DNA of 63,927 bases, counting the filler, from Sphacelaria rigidula (Eukaryota), in assembly GCA_964200075.2 (NCBI GenBank). It is 10 parts of 10 records of this genome, joined end to end, with 100 filler letters (N's around TTAATTAATTAA, not from the genome) between each part and the next. Parts side by side here need not be neighbours in the genome. Positions count along the whole stretch, not along the records: positions 57,626 to 63,927 come from CAXNAA020020915.1; 9 more parts are not named here. One strand, 5' to 3'. The translations under genes and the position numbers were made by a program. This document shows positions 59,445 to 63,927 of the stretch, one piece after another. Position 1 is the stretch's first letter, and the number at the start of each line of letters is the position of its first letter. Under the pieces are notes generated by a model. It was not told where the DNA came from and searched no databases. It saw only the letters and a list, made by a program, of their open reading frames with translations.

Positions 59445-62400
59445 GCTTCAGGTCTTCGATGTGTCATACAGTACCCGCGTTGGTTTCAGGCACTGGCGAC
59501 CGAACCACCAGGCGCTTCAGGTACGAGCGCACACGCAAGACCTCTTTTGCTACACAACCAAACACCCCCCAAACGCCTCATGACCACCCGTGCTCACAGG
59601 CCGTCGATCCTGTATCAACCGAATCGACCGATATGTGTCCCAACACACGCGGATTCATGCTTGCGGGTAAGGAGTACACGGGCTACTTCAATCACCGCCC
59701 GCTGCGCAGACGAGTTTTCTTCCAAACACGGAACGTTGATCCACCATGCGCACCGAAGTATATCGATGCGACATGATGGGCTAGGACTGAAGATGTTGCA
59801 TGTACACGAGCATGATTGAACACGGCGAGGCGCGAGGCCCATGTTACTTGTACACAAGCTCTCGACTCTTTACACTTTTCACTTTCACACGGCACCAGGG
59901 CACACTAAAGTTTGACGCATTACAGTACATACTTGATCGTCCAGAAGGCCGCGTACCTTTCGCGTTGAAATATTGTTCCGAATTGAAGTACTGACCACAG
60001 TACAGTACCGTCTGAGTCCCAAATGGTCTCGGCGGGCATTATGTTGCGGACGGCGAGGGACCGTGGTGTAGCATACGTTGGTACTGCTGCACTATCTGAA
60101 CGAAATCATCTATATTGCATTGTAGGTATGAACACGGCGCGGATATAGCGGGTGTCGGGTGTTCTTCGTGTAATACGAACGAATTGACGTCGGTGCAGCC
60201 CTTTTGACCCGACCCTCCGCTACACCACACGAAGATCATATGTACTGTAGTGTGCTACCGTGCATTTTGCTATCTGGTGTTTCGTACGTCGCTGTCTGTA
60301 CTACCCTACACATTTGTAATACGGTTGTGCTTGTACATTTATTAACTGTCTACCTGCACGATGATACGTGATCGAGACCCCAACTCGGCTATTTTCAGTG
60401 AACTAGGCGGTACTGTTATATGAGTATCGCCAGCTGCGCTGATATTGCCTCTGGAAATACGATACGGCATCCGACAGTTGTGTTTTTTTCTCTCAACCTC
60501 AACATGTCCTCACAACAGAACTGAGTGGTTTGACGTTGCGGTTCGCTGCGTCCCACACGTATATCCCTTCATGGCATGCAGGTTTGTCCAATGCGGTGTT
60601 GCGCTGATGACAGTCGCTGTATGTCTGTTGATTGTGACAACTTTCGTTTTCTTCTTTGTCTCTTTGCTGCTACACTTTGTCCACCAACACACACACATAC
60701 GGTTTGTTGTGTGCCTTCGACGTTTTTTTTTTCCTTTCGTCTGCACCATTGAAAAGGTGATAGACCGCTACATGTGCGGAGTGCGCGGACCTACATGTCG
60801 ATCGAAAACTGTCGACAGTACCCTGCCACTCTATTTATTTCATTTGTGTTCGCCCCGCCTCAGTCCTCAACAAATGTGCTGTCTTCCACGACAAAACGTT
60901 CACTTTTCAACCCTTGCATCTCTACGTTAACGGCGCACGTGTACGAGCCATTCCTGATATCAACCGCCCTTCGTCTTCATCGGAGCACGATGTCACGAAG
61001 GACGGCGCACTCCCTACAGACAGTGGTGACCGACCGTACAAGTCAACCACGTGTAATGAGACGAGTGACAGAAAAAAATAAAAACGAACCAGAACGTTCT
61101 GAATTTGATGAGAGCGTCGTTGCAGGACGTATTTTCAGGGACGTGAGTGTGGATAAAGACAATCCTCCTTCACATGCTCACCCTAACCCCGTTGGTGCCC
61201 ACTCCCCTGTACACCAACCAGCCACTCAAAGCGCTGACGGTGTTCCCACTCTTCTTTCCAGGATGGCGCCGCTCCACGTGAGCCCTCATGCTACGAAAAT
61301 CTTTACTGACGATGACCTTCTCAGCCCACCAGGGCGGTACCCACACAACACTGATGCTCACCTCACAACTTGACAATCTTTTGGGAACGTTCTACAAGTT
61401 TCGGAGACTTCAAATAGCATCCAGTGGGGTGACCCAGGACGAGTTGCTTTGCCCACAACCTACGCGCCGCCACCTGCCTGTATATTTTCTACTTCTGTTG
61501 TTCATTTCTCATCAGACGGTACAATCCCACGATCAGAAATAAACAATGACTTTTAATTCACCGCAGAAGTTTCCAACAATTTCATGTCAACAACTTTTTT
61601 CGCTCGGCCAGGTCACACACATCACACAAACGAATCAACGGCGGCCACCGCGGGTTCAACCACGTGGTGTGGGTTCCCTGGATATGCTAACACTGCCTTG
61701 AAGGGTTCCAAGACAGTCGAAGCCCGTGCACCGTTGCATGGCTATCAATTGAGTAGTGACCAAACCCATCGTTATAATCCTGGATTTGATCACCCAGTTT
61801 TACATTCACCAGGTACTAATCATATTCACTCGAATCCCCTCCCTTCAAAGGAGAGGAAGTCATGTAGTGCAGTTTCTCACGCATCAGGAGCCGAAATATC
61901 TTCTGGTACGATAGACACCGCTGCTCCGACCGTTCATCGGAGAACACAAAATTCGAAGCCACACACTCAAGCACCCCCCAACTGCTCAGGTGCCCGGCTA
62001 ACCAACCTACCGAGCTCCGCAAAAACTACGGTACCCGGTTCCCTTTTATTTGATGAGCGTAATTATTCCTTGAAGGGTCGCAACCGCAAAGAACCCATGC
62101 TTTCCGTCGCTCAGCGGGGTGGAATGGAACCCCAAGTGACAGCGACTCAGGTGGTGCGCCAACAGCGTGGCCTAGATTCGACTATCCGAGAACTCATTTC
62201 AATAGCTCCTGGAGACGCCGACCCTTTCGTGCGCTACACGCATCACCATAGGCGGGCTCCTCCAGATGATCATGTACATAACCCTGATGTAGCAAGCGGA
62301 CGTGAACTCCAAGGAAGAGATTGCGTGTGGGCTCAGACAGATGAAAACCTCAGAGTGGAACAGGCCGGTACTCCCCAGATTTCGAACAGATCGTTACTGC

Positions 62401-63927
62401 TCCCTGACCACCCCTCGTGCACTGCGTTAGACCCCATTTCCGATGAAGCGTTGCCGTCTGTAGGGACAGAGACTTCGCCGACTCATGGACGTTCGCATCC
62501 TAGTCATGAAGGCACCTCGATCGTGTGTCCGTCACCAGGCAGACAAAGTGTTACGCAAGACGACTCGTCTCCTAACTCGCCCACGTTGGCCCCTTTAATC
62601 GACGCCGGGTTGAACAGTACAGCTTTACCAACCCCGCGTCCTGACGAATCGTCTCCAAAACCTCCCATGTTGGCCCTAACTAGTGATGGTATTGAGATGA
62701 TTGGCGTATCAAACTCAACACCGCGCCCCGATGAATTGTCCCCTGTTCCGACCAAGCTGGATAATGTAATTGATCCCGCTTTGCACAATGATGATTCGCC
62801 CCCTCTCTTGGCCAATAAGGGTGAAACACCACGCACAGATCAGTTGTCGGGTCCAACCACGACAACTGCCCTTCCCCGGCATCGCCCCTCCGTCGCAGTA
62901 TATGTGATTCAACCCCCAACTGATGAGAAAAATATTCCAGACACAAACACTGACACTCCATGCACGCACCATCCTTTCGACCAAAAGCTTGTCCGACAGG
63001 ATCATCAACGAGTGTATTTTAGCACCTTCGTTCAAAACGCAAAGCAGAATGTGTCAGATGTCTTACCCGAATTCGGGCCCGGTCTCGTCAGTGGTATTGC
63101 AACTATGGATGATGCTTCTTTTACGACCAAGATAGGTTTACATAGTGGAGCGCATGCAAACTGTCATTTGATAGTTCTTGCATTACCAGACTCTGGTGCA
63201 CCTCAAACGTTCATCACCGCCAGCTGCTGGCAACAGATGATCAACGCGGGTGCGGCGGACAAGCATTGTCTGTCGACCGTACGCCCTCGTGTTTTTGGTG
63301 GATTTAGTTCCTCCACATCTCTTACGGTCAATCAATCGGTGAGACTAAGTGTACAATTTTACCAGGATACTACTCCCACTACTCGGTTGTCCGTATGGGC
63401 ACTAATTGTGCCCGACGGTTCCATGTCCTTTGATGTTTTGTTGGGTCGAGATAGTTGGCTTCATTTCTCCACACACATGTATACGACGGACACATCTGTC
63501 ACGAACCGTCCAGTCACAGGCAAACTGTCACTGGGTCACTTCGACACTGATTCGGGAGCTCATGCTTGTGAAGATGACCCCAAGCAAACAGGTAATGCTT
63601 TCCGCTTGTACTACGTTGGTGAACCGGTAATCTCATTTTCTCGTGAACCCCAACTAATCCAAGTGAACCTCGTGAGACACAATGGATCGCCCGCCCTCAC
63701 AGGACATTATTTGGTCGAGTTTCTCAAACCTGACCAAGCACAGGTTGGTCCGTTTGAACAGACCGAAGTCTTTATCCACGAAGGTAGGCAGGTCATTTAC
63801 CCCACGTCCCCTGCATGTTTCGATATACTCAACGGTCAGTTGTTGGGTTATGCTCAAGCGCCTGTCATACGAACCGCCCTGTCAGATGTGTGCCCCCCGG
63901 CGAACAACAACCCGCCGACCCACCCCC
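59445..63927 (+). mobile_element. Ty3/Gypsy family 1, 5' portion (leader, decayed first ORF, protease), cut at the contig end
   Basis: Leader homologous to 11450-12706 (-); ATG at 60990; protease ALPDSGAPQTFIT (DSG at 63189-63197); 63820-63927 matches 11340-11445 (LGYAQAP.IRTAL.DVCPPANN). Confidence 0.88.

Noticed and set aside
11340..63927. Apparent giant inverted repeat formed by the two Gypsy family 1 copies
   Set aside because: The copies are on different concatenated contigs, so their orientation and distance are arbitrary.

Overview
Eukaryotic nuclear DNA, most likely a brown alga (Phaeophyceae). This assignment is inferred from GT-AG introns, a plastid-type ftsZ, an ASA-F plastid-targeting motif, TTAGGG repeats and the style of the repeats. 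The window is not one locus. It is ten contigs of 6302-6303 bp joined by an artificial 100-nt spacer (N44-TTAATTAATTAA-N44), so adjacency across spacers has no meaning. Host genes: three 3' exons of a plastid-type FtsZ with a long G/Y/P/Q-rich tail, two large exons of an unknown coiled-coil protein carrying 4x75-aa repeats, and a probable first exon of a plastid-targeted protein. The rest is mostly transposable elements: three decayed Ty3/Gypsy copies from two families, an RTE-like LINE fragment, many LINE-type 3' tails, two tRNA-derived SINE families and several MITE families. The most interesting signals are: a CRISPR-like array of palindromic repeats with 17-18-nt unique spacers (probably inside a hAT-type MITE); a Gypsy integrase ending in chromo-like plus Tudor-like modules; a Gypsy Gag with an RS domain and a CCCH finger; an AT-rich fragment of a protein-primed DNA polymerase B; a telomere-repeat MITE with its empty site on the same contig; and a GACCACGG motif shared by the 3' ends of several non-LTR families.
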